The notes under the pieces were generated by a model. It was not told where the DNA came from, searched no databases, and saw only the letters and a program-made list of their open reading frames with translations. From Gammaproteobacteria bacterium (lineage in GTDB: Bacteria; Pseudomonadota; Gammaproteobacteria; UBA4575): DNA of 64,000 nucleotides. A program made the position numbers and the translations under genes. Below are positions 1 through 8,437 of the stretch, piece by piece (position 1 is the stretch's first letter; each line of letters opens with the position of its first letter). The stretch spans positions 128,001 to 192,000 of the forward strand of contig CBDCTA010000029.1 of assembly GCA_965221955.1 (NCBI GenBank), given 5' to 3'.

Positions 1-616
1 ATTTATAAAATGTTTCATATTCATGCTTAACAATTAAACTTGTGGGCATGAAAGGATAATGTTTTGCAGATACTTCAGTCATCGAAGTAAAAGTAGACTC
101 TAGAATTAACATCGCAGGTTGCACTTCTTTGGCTAATTCTGCTGCTACACCTCCTCCAAGAGAACGTCCTGCAATAATGATTTGGTCAGGACGTAAATTT
201 TTTTCCTCAATTAAGTATTGCCAAGCGGTATCCGCATCAAGATATGTGCCTTGTTCGCTTGGTTTGCCAGTACTTTTTCCAAAACCACGATAATCAAAGA
301 TTAAAAAATTTAAACCCAAGTGGTTGAAAATTTTTATTGTTTCTAAACGATGTGAAATATTACCCGCATTGCCATGTAAAAATAATACTGTTAAAGATGT
401 TTCAGTAGATGCAGGAATGTACCAAGCATGAATTTTTTCTTTATCAGACGTTATTAAGTTTAGATTCTCATAATTAAGTCCAATATCACTAGGGCTGGCT
501 ACAATGTCTCGAGTTGGCATATGTGGTGCATAGATAAACATCGCCTGAGCAAAATAAATTGCTATCATTGCAGCCAAGTAAAATAACGTGATGGCTAAAA
601 ATAATTTAATAAACAT
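1..616 (-). CDS. Alpha/beta hydrolase (ABHD13/YfhR-like), 3' end runs off the window
   Basis: Manual minus-strand translation from ATG at 616 gives an N-terminal hydrophobic anchor, LFLHGNAGN, DYRGFGKS and the nucleophile elbow GRSLGGGVA. Not in the ORF track because it is incomplete. Confidence 0.85.
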   Translation of the reverse strand, partial: MFIKLFLAITLFYLAAMIAIYFAQAMFIYAPHMPTRDIVASPSDIGLNYENLNLITSDKEKIHAWYIPASTETSLTVLFLHGNAGNISHRLETIKIFNHLGLNFLIFDYRGFGKSTGKPSEQGTYLDADTAWQYLIEEKNLRPDQIIIAGRSLGGGVAAELAKEVQPAMLILESTFTSMTEVSAKHYPFMPTSLIVKHEYETFYK

Positions 617-753
617 AAAAATATATATGTTATTTCATCGTATACACAATTATTTGCTATAGTTGAAAAATTGCAAAACAGGATAGTTTGTTAAGTATTC
701 CTTAGCTTTATGACCGGATTTTATAGTATTAGCCAATAGAGAATAGCGAATTA

Positions 754-1344
754 GTGGATATTAAAGACAGAGTTAGAGAAATTTTTGCACAAGAGGCAAA
801 AGCAATTTCATCCATACCAGTGAATGATGAATTTGAGCGTGCAGTGCATATTCTTCAGGGTTGTAAAGGCAAGGTGCTCACTACGGGTATGGGTAAAGCG
901 GGCCATATTGCGCATAAGTTTTCTGCAACATTATGCTCCACTGGAACCCCAGCATCATTTCTTCATCCTGGCGAAGCTGCGCATGGAGATTTAGGTCTAA
1001 TTGAAGAGAATGATGCCATTGTAGCGTTTTCTACCAGCGGTAAAACGAAAGAAGTTTTAGATACTCTAGCTGCAGGACGTGGATTGGGTCTGCATACTGT
1101 AATAGGAATTACTTCACATCCCGATTCTGAATTACGTGAGCTCAGTGATGTCGTATTGGATATGGGCATTATAAAAGAGGCTTGCCAAACAGGTCTTACA
1201 CCGACTTCAAGTATGGCAGTGATGTTAGCGATGAGTGATGCACTTGCTTTACTGCTAATGGAACTGAAAGGCTTCAGCGCGGAAGACTTTGGAAAGCGCC
1301 ATCATGGTGGATATTTAGGTAAAAAAGCACGCGCAAGTAGCTAA
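754..1344 (+). CDS. SIS-domain sugar-phosphate isomerase (KdsD/GutQ-like arabinose-5-phosphate isomerase, no CBS domains)
   Basis: TGMGKAGHIA, FLHPGEAAHGDLG, PTSS and HHGGYLG motifs. The protein ends where the CBS pair would begin. Confidence 0.85.
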   Translation: MDIKDRVREIFAQEAKAISSIPVNDEFERAVHILQGCKGKVLTTGMGKAGHIAHKFSATLCSTGTPASFLHPGEAAHGDLGLIEENDAIVAFSTSGKTKEVLDTLAAGRGLGLHTVIGITSHPDSELRELSDVVLDMGIIKEACQTGLTPTSSMAVMLAMSDALALLLMELKGFSAEDFGKRHHGGYLGKKARASS

Positions 1345-1444
1345 ATTTGTGTATTCCCATCATCATAATTACTGATGATTATTCATGCTAGGATATTCTT
1401 GTCATGAGTATCGTTAGCAATCGCTGATGAGGTGGGTGTTTATC

Positions 1445-2011
1445 ATGTTGCATAGAATTCTTTTACTAATCATTTTAATTGCACTATCTAGTTTTTCGGT
1501 TTCGTTTGCAGCTGATGCAAATAAAGTAGTCATTTCGCAAACGGCTACATGTGCTGACCAAGAACTACAATTGAATGGTTTTGGTATACGAAAAAAACTA
1601 TTCATCAAGCTTTATACCGCGTCATTATATGTGCAAGAAAAAACAACGGATGCGAGCCATTTTCTTCAAATGTCCCAAGCTTCATGTATGCGCTTATATA
1701 TTACTTCTTCAAAAATCACATCGAAGAAAATGATCAAAGCCACGCGAGAAGGTTTTGAAAGCTCAACACAGGGCAATACAGCACCAATAGAAGCTGAAAT
1801 CGAAACATTTTTGTCATGGCTTAAGCAACCAATTAAAAAAGGGGACGTATTTGAATTTGCCTTTATTCCACATAATGTCACACATGTTTTAAAAAACGGT
1901 GATGAGCTTGGAGTGATTGAAAACAAAGCGTTTTCTTCTGCGTTATTTGGTATTTGGTTAGGCGATGTGCCAGTACAGCAGAACTTAAAAAATGAGTTAT
2001 TAGGGAAATAG
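1445..2011 (+). CDS. Chalcone isomerase-like exported protein
   Basis: Signal peptide, LNGFGIRKKLFIKLYTASLY, and ALFGIWLG..PVQ..LK..LLG at the C-terminus. Confidence 0.8.
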   Translation: MLHRILLLIILIALSSFSVSFAADANKVVISQTATCADQELQLNGFGIRKKLFIKLYTASLYVQEKTTDASHFLQMSQASCMRLYITSSKITSKKMIKATREGFESSTQGNTAPIEAEIETFLSWLKQPIKKGDVFEFAFIPHNVTHVLKNGDELGVIENKAFSSALFGIWLGDVPVQQNLKNELLGK

Positions 2012-2038
2012 CGCAAAGCGTAAGTGTGCTCGAGATAA

Positions 2039-2962
2039 ATGCCAAACACGATTGCACATTTTGCTATAAATGGTCTATCCACGAGGACAGTTTTTACACA
2101 TGCAGATTTTAAATGGATTTATCTAGCTTGTGTAATTCCTGATTTACCTTGGATAGTGCAACGTATTATTAAAAAGTTACCTCTCTCCATAGACTTATAT
2201 GATCTGCGTGCGTACTGCATTACACAATCATCACTTTTATTTTGCATTTTGCTATGCATGAGCTTTTCTATGTTGGCCAAACAACGTAGTAAAGTTTTTA
2301 TTATTTTGTTGATTGGGTCTTTGTTGCATTTATTATTAGATGCGACACAAATCAAATGGGCCAATGGTGCGCAATTATTGGCTCCAGTAAATTGGGAGTT
2401 ACTAAGGTTTGATCTCTTTTGGCCAGAGAGTTTTGCAACTTATGTCTTAACTATTTTAGGTTTGATTTATTTTATTTTTAATTTCAAAAAGTCAATTCAA
2501 GCAAATTGCGAAGAATTTAATATATCGATCAAAACTATTGTTTTGAGTGCCGTTTTGCTATCCGCTTGGTTAATGTCGCCAGTTGTTTTTACTCAATCTG
2601 TATATGCTGCGGACAATCACTTCATCGCAACATTAAAAGATTTGGAAAATAGAACAGGAAAAAAGATTGAAATTGATAGAAATATATATTTACAAACTTA
2701 TAACGAGCATAAAATTAAAACTTCGTACGGTGAAATCATAAACTTGCAAGGTTTTGATGCTGAAGTAGAGAGTAGTTCACTGATTTCACTACAAGGAATA
2801 TTTACTGACAATCACACCATTCAAGTTGAGCGGTATCATGTACATACTCGATTTAGAGATTTTGCTTCCATGTTTGGATTAGCTTGTGTTTTGTTCGTTT
2901 GGTTATTTTTTGTGGGGCGCTGTATGACGTTAAAATTACGCCCCAATAAGCTAGATATTTGA
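2039..2962 (+). CDS. Membrane-bound putative metal-dependent hydrolase (YdjM-like)
   Basis: MPNTIAH, IPDL and HLLLD motifs with multiple TM segments. Confidence 0.55.
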   Translation: MPNTIAHFAINGLSTRTVFTHADFKWIYLACVIPDLPWIVQRIIKKLPLSIDLYDLRAYCITQSSLLFCILLCMSFSMLAKQRSKVFIILLIGSLLHLLLDATQIKWANGAQLLAPVNWELLRFDLFWPESFATYVLTILGLIYFIFNFKKSIQANCEEFNISIKTIVLSAVLLSAWLMSPVVFTQSVYAADNHFIATLKDLENRTGKKIEIDRNIYLQTYNEHKIKTSYGEIINLQGFDAEVESSSLISLQGIFTDNHTIQVERYHVHTRFRDFASMFGLACVLFVWLFFVGRCMTLKLRPNKLDI

Positions 2963-3455
2963 AGATGAAACGTGTATTAACTTTAGTGCGCCATGCTAAG
3001 TCAAGCTGGAACGATGCGAACTTGAGCGATTTCGAGCGGCCTTTAAATAGCCGAGGGTTAAAAAATGCGCCAGAGATGGGTAAGCGCCTTGCTGATGAAA
3101 ATTATTTGGTGGACAGTATTATTTCAAGCCCTGCTGTGAGAGCGATTACCACTGCAGAATTTATTGCAAGTGAAATTGAATTTAATATTCAAAAGTTGAT
3201 CGTAATGAAAAAATTTATGAAGCAAGTTTGAATACATTAATAGACCTGGTTGCAGGTTTGGACGATAATTTACATCGTGTGATGTTAGTTGGTCATAATC
3301 CAGGCTTTACGGTTTTATGCAACTATCTATCTAACGCTGAAATAGATAATATGCCGACCTGCGCAATTGCACAGATTCAGTTTGATATAAATAGTTGGGA
3401 ATCCATAACAGAACATTCAGGTAAGCTTTTGGATTTTGATTATCCAAAAAAATAA
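2959..3455 (+). pseudogene. sixA: SixA-like phosphohistidine phosphatase split by one frameshift (likely sequencing error)
   Basis: RHAKS and SSPAVRA in ORF 2959-3231, LVGHNP in ORF 3228-3455. One extra A in the run near 3190-3194 restores ..KVDRNEKIYEASLNTL.. Confidence 0.8.
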
Positions 3456-3485
3456 CAATAAGTATGAATAAGAAAATTATAAAAA

Positions 3486-4220
3486 ATGCCTCGACCTACC
3501 AAAGCAAAATTTACTGAATTTAATTTACCTGCTGGTCGCATTATTGCAAAGAAGTATGAGGTGCTTTCTAAGCTAGGTGGCGGGTTTGAAGGTGAAGTGT
3601 ATAAAATACGTGAAATTAGCACAGGGATTGAGCGCGCAGCCAAATTATTTTATCCCAATCGCAATGAAAAGGATCGAGCGGTAAAGTTTAATGCACAAAA
3701 GCTGCATAAACTCAGACAATGTCCAATACTGATTCAGTACCACACAAAAGAGAATTTTGTTTTTAAAAGAACTCCAGTTACGGTTCTAATATCAGAATAT
3801 GTTGAGGGACAACTGCTTTCTGAATTTATTAAAAGCTTTCCTGGTAAACGTCTTACCCCTTATCAAGCATTGCATTTGCTCTATGCATTAACTCAAGGTA
3901 TCGAGTGCATACATAGCCTGAATGAATATCACGGAGATTTGCATTCCGATAATGTCATCGTCAATAAATTTGGCTTAGAATTTGATTTGAAATTAGTTGA
4001 TTTGTTTTCTGCAAAAGAACCTAAACATGAAAGCCGTAGATTTGATATTTTAACTTTGATTCAAGTGTTTCATGAGTCATTAGGTGGAGCTAAGCACTAT
4101 GCAAAGCATCCTGATCCAATCAAGTATATTTGCTGTGGCCTAAAATCAAATTTAATTTTAAAAAAATTTAAAACTGCAGGCCAATTACGAAGACATATTG
4201 AAAGCATGGAATGGTCATGA
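3486..4220 (+). CDS. Short Ser/Thr protein kinase-like protein
   Basis: LGGGFEGEVY glycine loop, AAK lysine, HGDLHSDN catalytic loop, DLF in place of DFG. Confidence 0.75.
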   Translation: MPRPTKAKFTEFNLPAGRIIAKKYEVLSKLGGGFEGEVYKIREISTGIERAAKLFYPNRNEKDRAVKFNAQKLHKLRQCPILIQYHTKENFVFKRTPVTVLISEYVEGQLLSEFIKSFPGKRLTPYQALHLLYALTQGIECIHSLNEYHGDLHSDNVIVNKFGLEFDLKLVDLFSAKEPKHESRRFDILTLIQVFHESLGGAKHYAKHPDPIKYICCGLKSNLILKKFKTAGQLRRHIESMEWS

Positions 4221-4255
4221 ATTTTGCGAAAAAATTAGAAATACCTAATTTCAAT

Positions 4256-4377
4256 ATGTCCGCTTACGACCCAAAGTGTGAGTCCATGGATGGGCGAATA
4301 TGAGGTGCAACAAGGATGTTGCTTCAGATTCAATATTTCTTTTATTAGAATGTCCGCTTACGACCCAAAGCGGACAT
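4256..4377. repeat. Palindromic repeat unit 1 (truncated B-type copy at 4256, complete B-type copy at 4350)
   Basis: ATGTCCGCTTACGACCCAAAG at 4256 and ATGTCCGCTTACGACCCAAAGCGGACAT at 4350-4377, with GATTCAAT in the spacer. Confidence 0.85.
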
Positions 4378-4461
4378 TAAGTCTTACAATATTTCATGTT
4401 ATTACATAGTAATATTTTCTAACGCTTTAACCTTCTTGCTTCTCCATCTACTTCATTTATA

Positions 4462-4475
4462 TTGATGTATATCAA
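4462..4475. promoter_or_regulatory. Canonical FNR/ANR box
   Basis: Perfect TTGAT-GTAT-ATCAA about 70 nt upstream of the ATG at 4548. Confidence 0.7.
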
Positions 4476-4547
4476 TAGACATCAGGTTTAACGTGTTATA
4501 AGAATTTAAGCATCAAGGGATAAGGGGATTGTTTATGGAGAGCAACT

Positions 4548-4807
4548 ATGAAACTCAATCCAATTATTCTGGGAATCTCGAGCGCAATCACAACCGCAAT
4601 TTTATGGGTCATCTGTAGTTTACTCGTTGTCACCTTACCAGGGTTCATGATGAAATGACAGCAGGGATGATGCATAGTGACATTACTACAATGAATTTCA
4701 CACTAACTTGGCCAGGGTTTATTTGGGGTCTTGTAGCTTGGGTTGTATGCGCAGGTATAGCTGGTTGGTTAATTGCAATAATTTATAATCGATTGTTACC
4801 AAAATAA
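4548..4807 (+). pseudogene. Small membrane protein (DUF5676-like) with one frameshift
   Basis: RBS GGAG, then MKLNPIILGISSAITTAILWVICSLLVV. Adding one A at ATGAAATGACA continues MTAGMMHSD..LTWPGFIWGLVAW..IYNRLLPK*. Confidence 0.6.
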
Positions 4808-4899
4808 CGATGTGATCAAGAGATTGTAAATCTGGATGTCTAGTTTTATTTTATGTGTTTGATGTTAATTTCAAATTTAGTATTAAGGAGAATACTGTA

Positions 4900-5037
4900 A
4901 TGCACGGTGATGGTGGATTTTTCACGCATTGGGGATTTGGGTTTGGTCATTGGTTTCTTGGTGTTTTGCTATGGTTTATTGTCATACTTGTAGTTGTACT
5001 TTTAATAAGAACGGTATTTAAGACTGATAAACATTAA
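4900..5037 (+). CDS. Small His/Gly-rich single-pass membrane protein
   Basis: AAGGAG RBS before ATG 4900, then MHGDGGFFTHWGFGFGHW followed by a TM helix. Confidence 0.6.
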   Translation: MHGDGGFFTHWGFGFGHWFLGVLLWFIVILVVVLLIRTVFKTDKH

Positions 5038-5059
5038 GTAGGCTATCAAAAACATACTC

Positions 5060-5575
5060 ATGAGAATCCCTGAGAAAAATGTAAATAAAACTGCATGGTA
5101 TTTACGTCCATTTTTTTGGAATCAACGTAGAAAATATGGGCAAGTGCTAACCCCAGCGCTGCTTTGGGCAAGGGTGCCTAAGCTTTTTATGGCAGTAGCC
5201 ATTTTATATGGTGAATTGCTATAAAAAACAGTCCATTAGACCCTGTCTGCGTTCTTTGGTAATTCACAAATAAATTGGTGTCACTGTTGAGCTTAATTCC
5301 GCCACATTAGCAGAAGCGAGCTGGTTCGAAAATATTCAGAAGCCATTGGAAAGAAAGTGAACTGTTTAATGACAAAGAAAAATGGTAAATGGAATAATGT
5401 AGAAGCGATTACATATTCATCAACAATAGTGCTTGAATTAACGAAACCGTCTGCTAGAGTTCTTCAGTGAAGATGCGGTAGTGGAGCTCACTGGCTCATC
5501 GCCTTTCAAAGTCTATCTAGTAAATTTACATTCGCTCAGGGGTTTTGTAAGCTTCCTCAAGAAAAAGTTCGGTAA
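5060..5575 (+). pseudogene. Carboxymuconolactone decarboxylase/AhpD-family gene with multiple indels
   Basis: Intact start MRIPEK..WYLRPFFWNQRRKYGQVLTPALLWARVPKLF. Later fragments (SPLDP, QINWC, HWKESELF, EDAVVELTG, QGFCKLP) lie in shifting frames. Confidence 0.7.
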
Positions 5576-5618
5576 ATAAAAGCTGCAAATAACTAGTTCA
5601 CTTCATAGATTAGATTGA

Positions 5619-5712
5619 ATGTCCGCTATTGCCGAAAACTCAAACTTAAAGGGGAATTTAAGGTTGGATCTCAAAATAACTAATATGACTGCTTACGACC
5701 CAAAGCGGGGAT
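5619..5712. repeat. Palindromic doublet unit 2 (degenerate)
   Basis: ATGTCCGCTATTGCCGAAAA at 5619, GGTTGGATCTCAA in the spacer, ATGACTGCTTACGACCCAAAGCGG at 5685. Confidence 0.75.
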
Positions 5713-5959
5713 TTAATTTCTTAATTTCTCAAGTTTTCCTGTTCTTGTTTATTCATACGATTTTAATGGAAATAAACTTGGTGATACATGTGAAAAAGCT
5801 ATTAGGATGAATTAAATTCTGGGCTTCTCAGCTTCCTAGTTATGAGAACTATCTTGGTAGAGCCATCAGGCATGTATTTTTTAACTATGAGGGCCTTGAA
5901 ACATAGCTAGATACGATTGTATAAAAACGTAATTAAGCGCCAAGATTTAACATTTTATT

Positions 5960-6247
5960 TTGATTCATTTGGCTGCCCTACCACATTTTGAAAGCTATAA
6001 AATTTCCGAGAGAATAAATAGGAAAGTTTATGATAGTCAGGAGCAAACCGATAACTTGAACAGAGATATACTTGATATGTTAGCTCCCGTAAGACGTTGG
6101 AGTATATGGGTAGAAGAAAAAGATAAAACAGATTTAATTTTATTTAGATATGAAGGTATGTGGAGACTTTTTTTGAGAACAAAAATTACATATCCACAAA
6201 TGGAAAAATCAAGGGAGCTATCGCTGGTAGTAGGTTTAGACCTTTAA
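5960..6247 (+). CDS. Hypothetical protein, probably the 3' part of a disrupted cargo gene starting near 5746
   Basis: ORF track 95 aa lying between repeat units 2 and 3. No recognisable motif. Confidence 0.3.
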   Translation: MIHLAALPHFESYKISERINRKVYDSQEQTDNLNRDILDMLAPVRRWSIWVEEKDKTDLILFRYEGMWRLFLRTKITYPQMEKSRELSLVVGLDL

Positions 6248-6266
6248 TATGTAACAACATAATGAA

Positions 6267-6367
6267 ATGTCCGCTATTGGCCGTAAGCGGACAAAAAAAG
6301 GGACGCAATGTGTTGGAATCAATAAATTACAAACATAAAATGTCTGCTAACGACCCAAAGCGGACAT
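6267..6367. repeat. Palindromic doublet unit 3
   Basis: ATGTCCGCTATTGGCCGTAAGCGGACA (6267), TGTTGGAATCAAT, ATGTCTGCTAACGACCCAAAGCGGACAT (6340). Halves start 73 nt apart. Confidence 0.9.
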
Positions 6368-6389
6368 TAGGTATATTTAAAAAATTATC

Positions 6390-6725
6390 ATGAGCATCTT
6401 AATAGTACGTATAACCTGCTTTTTTTGGGCGATTGCTTGTTTAGTAATTTTAGTTTTATCTTACGGGTCAACTCCAGTCACTAAACTTTCTACTGAAATG
6501 GCAATGACTGCAATTGAAGAAAAGTATATAAATTTTGCATCTATGTCCGATAAACAGCGAGAAAATTATAATTTTCTTTCAAATTGGGTGCGTGGGAATG
6601 ATAAAGGTTTTAAAAATTCCTCAATGTTTCGTCATAAACTTATCTTGATTGTGACTCTAGGTTCATTATTGATTTGCTTTTATATTGCTTTTTTCATGCG
6701 AAATTCAAACAAAGCTAATAATTAA
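6390..6725 (+). CDS. Hypothetical two-TM membrane protein (cassette-like cargo)
   Basis: 111-aa ORF filling almost the whole gap between units 3 and 4. Confidence 0.6.
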   Translation: MSILIVRITCFFWAIACLVILVLSYGSTPVTKLSTEMAMTAIEEKYINFASMSDKQRENYNFLSNWVRGNDKGFKNSSMFRHKLILIVTLGSLLICFYIAFFMRNSNKANN

Positions 6726-6740
6726 AATTAATTGAATTAG

Positions 6741-6841
6741 ATGTCCGCTATTGGCCGAAAGCAGTCATAAATTGAGACGAACGAGGTTGGATTCAATGCT
6801 TTATACGTTCAAAATGTCAGCTAACGACACAAAGCGGACAT
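6741..6841. repeat. Palindromic doublet unit 4
   Basis: ATGTCCGCTATTGGCCGAAAGCAGTCAT (6741), GGTTGGATTCAAT, ATGTCAGCTAACGACACAAAGCGGACAT (6814). Offset 73 nt. Confidence 0.9.
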
Positions 6842-6872
6842 TGACGTTTTTCGACATAAGATTTTAATCTTT

Positions 6873-7421
6873 GTGTTAATGAGCAAGATTATTTCTATAT
6901 GTATTTTGATTTACCTGCTTACAGGTTGCACAGTACCGTGGTCATTTGATGCATCTGATAAACCATATGCTAAAAATATGACAAATCAATGTTATCAATT
7001 AACTAATGATGCTTTTCTAATACAACCGTGTGAACCGCACCCCTCCATAGCAGATTCAACATTGATAGATCCAGAAGGTTTTGAGCCACACTGCACTCCA
7101 CCAAATATAAGTGTTTATAATAAAGACCCTAGTAAGTGGAATAATATTTGTGATGAGTCTAAACGAACTTTATGGACAATAGGTTGCCGTTACAGAGTTT
7201 CAATGGCTCTTCCTAAGGGCTCAAAATTTAAAGTTACTAGAATAATTAATATGACGGGTGGAGGTCCTAGATTTTGGAAAGTAAGTGCTACCTTAGTAAA
7301 TTCTAAAGATGAATTTGAAATTTTTGGTTCATGGCTAAATCCAAGATTTTTTGCCTCAATTAATCCCAAACAAAATTTAGAAATTCTTAATAAATATGCT
7401 AAAGCCTGTACAAACTACTGA
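6873..7421 (+). CDS. Hypothetical Cys-rich lipoprotein (cassette-like cargo)
   Basis: Lipobox LLTGC. Fills the gap between units 4 and 5, and its TGA lies inside the left arm of unit 5. Confidence 0.7.
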   Translation: MLMSKIISICILIYLLTGCTVPWSFDASDKPYAKNMTNQCYQLTNDAFLIQPCEPHPSIADSTLIDPEGFEPHCTPPNISVYNKDPSKWNNICDESKRTLWTIGCRYRVSMALPKGSKFKVTRIINMTGGGPRFWKVSATLVNSKDEFEIFGSWLNPRFFASINPKQNLEILNKYAKACTNY

Positions 7422-7518
7422 TCGCTATTGACCGAAAGCGGACATAAAATAGGATCAAATAGGTTGGATTCAATCTCATACAAGAGGAAAATGTCTGCTT
7501 ACGACCCAAAGCGGACAT
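7418..7518. repeat. Palindromic doublet unit 5
   Basis: CTGATCGCTATTGACCGAAAGCGGACAT (7418), GGTTGGATTCAAT, ATGTCTGCTTACGACCCAAAGCGGACAT (7491). Offset 73 nt. Confidence 0.9.
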
Positions 7519-7629
7519 TCAAATTAGCTAAAATTTGCTCTTTGTCAATTTTAAGAGACAATATGATCCTATTATTATAGTTATGTGGCCTTCAATTTTG
7601 AGCGGCCGATAACTAAAGGAGGTGCTAAG

Positions 7630-8012
7630 ATGAAACTTAAAATCATTTTGGTCATCAACGCTATTGTCGTAGCAATATTTGGAATTGCATTAGTGCTTAT
7701 ACCAGCACAGCTTCTGTCCTTGTATGGCATCACGGTGGACACCCATTAAAATATATGGCGCAGCTATTTGGGGCTGCTCTTATTGGATTTGCCGTGTTGA
7801 CCTGGTCGGCCAGAAACTCCAGTGATTCCGGTGCGCGTAGGGCAATTATCCTTGCATTATTTGTGACCGCTGCAATCGGCTGTATTGTGGCTGTACTTGG
7901 TGCACTTGCAGGATTTATGAATCCTCTTAGCTGGTCAACAGTAGCAATTTACTTGTTTTTTGCAGCAGTCTTTGGATATTTTCAATTTGCTCGACCAACA
8001 ACTTCGTCGTGA
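7630..8012 (+). pseudogene. Four-TM membrane protein with one frameshift near 7741
   Basis: Strong RBS AAAGGAGG, then MKLKIILVINAIVVAIFGIALVLIPAQLLSLYGITVD. A frame change leads into PLKYMAQLFGAALIG.. (track ORF 7755-8012). Confidence 0.7.
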
Positions 8013-8105
8013 TGAGATACTCAGTTTAAAAAGCACAGAGCTACAATAACATCAATTACGAAAAATGAGGTCCTAGCGGATGCTTAAATGACACGTATCA
8101 ATTAG

Positions 8106-8134
8106 GCATCCGCTATTGGCCGAATAGCAGACAA
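8106..8134 (+). repeat. Single A-type palindrome copy
   Basis: TCCGCTATTGGCCGAATAGCAGACA. Confidence 0.75.
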
Positions 8135-8389
8135 AATAGCATAATATTTTCGATTTATGTTTGCGGATTGTGGGGGCAGAGCATCCCACGAATTTGTACT
8201 TGCTTTTCTGCGTTTCCTCAATCCATGCGATCTCAACGCACTCATATTATTTGCTTTGGGTAATGTTCTGTTTCAGTCCCTCGAAATCGAACTTAGTTCC
8301 GTTTACCCCACGCACCGACTACTCTAGTAAGACATTTAAAATTGCAAAAGGTTTAGTGTATTTATTTTCTTTGAGTACAGTAATATTGC

Positions 8390-8417
8390 ATGTCCGCTTA
8401 TGGCCGAAAGCGAACCT
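8390..8417 (+). repeat. Single A-type palindrome copy
   Basis: ATGTCCGCTTATGGCCGAAAGCGAACCT. Confidence 0.75.
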
Positions 8418-8437
8418 TTTGATCCTGAGTTATATAG

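Noticed and set aside
5619-5810. Track ORF MSAIAEN..MTAYDPKR
   Set aside because: It is the translation of repeat unit 2. The MSA..DPKRT peptides come from the palindrome itself.
6160-6393. Track ORF of 77 aa ending MSANDPKRTLG..
   Set aside because: It reads through repeat unit 3 and overlaps another ORF, so it is most likely spurious.
6267-7518. Classical integron attC sites
   Set aside because: The units do not begin with RYYYAAC or end with GTTRRRY, and no intI is in the window. A covariance-model search would be needed to exclude very divergent attC.
4256-8417. CRISPR array interpretation of the 28-nt palindromic repeats
   Set aside because: Intervals alternate between 45 nt and gene-sized segments, the repeats alternate between two inverted types, the short spacers share a conserved core, and no cas genes are present.
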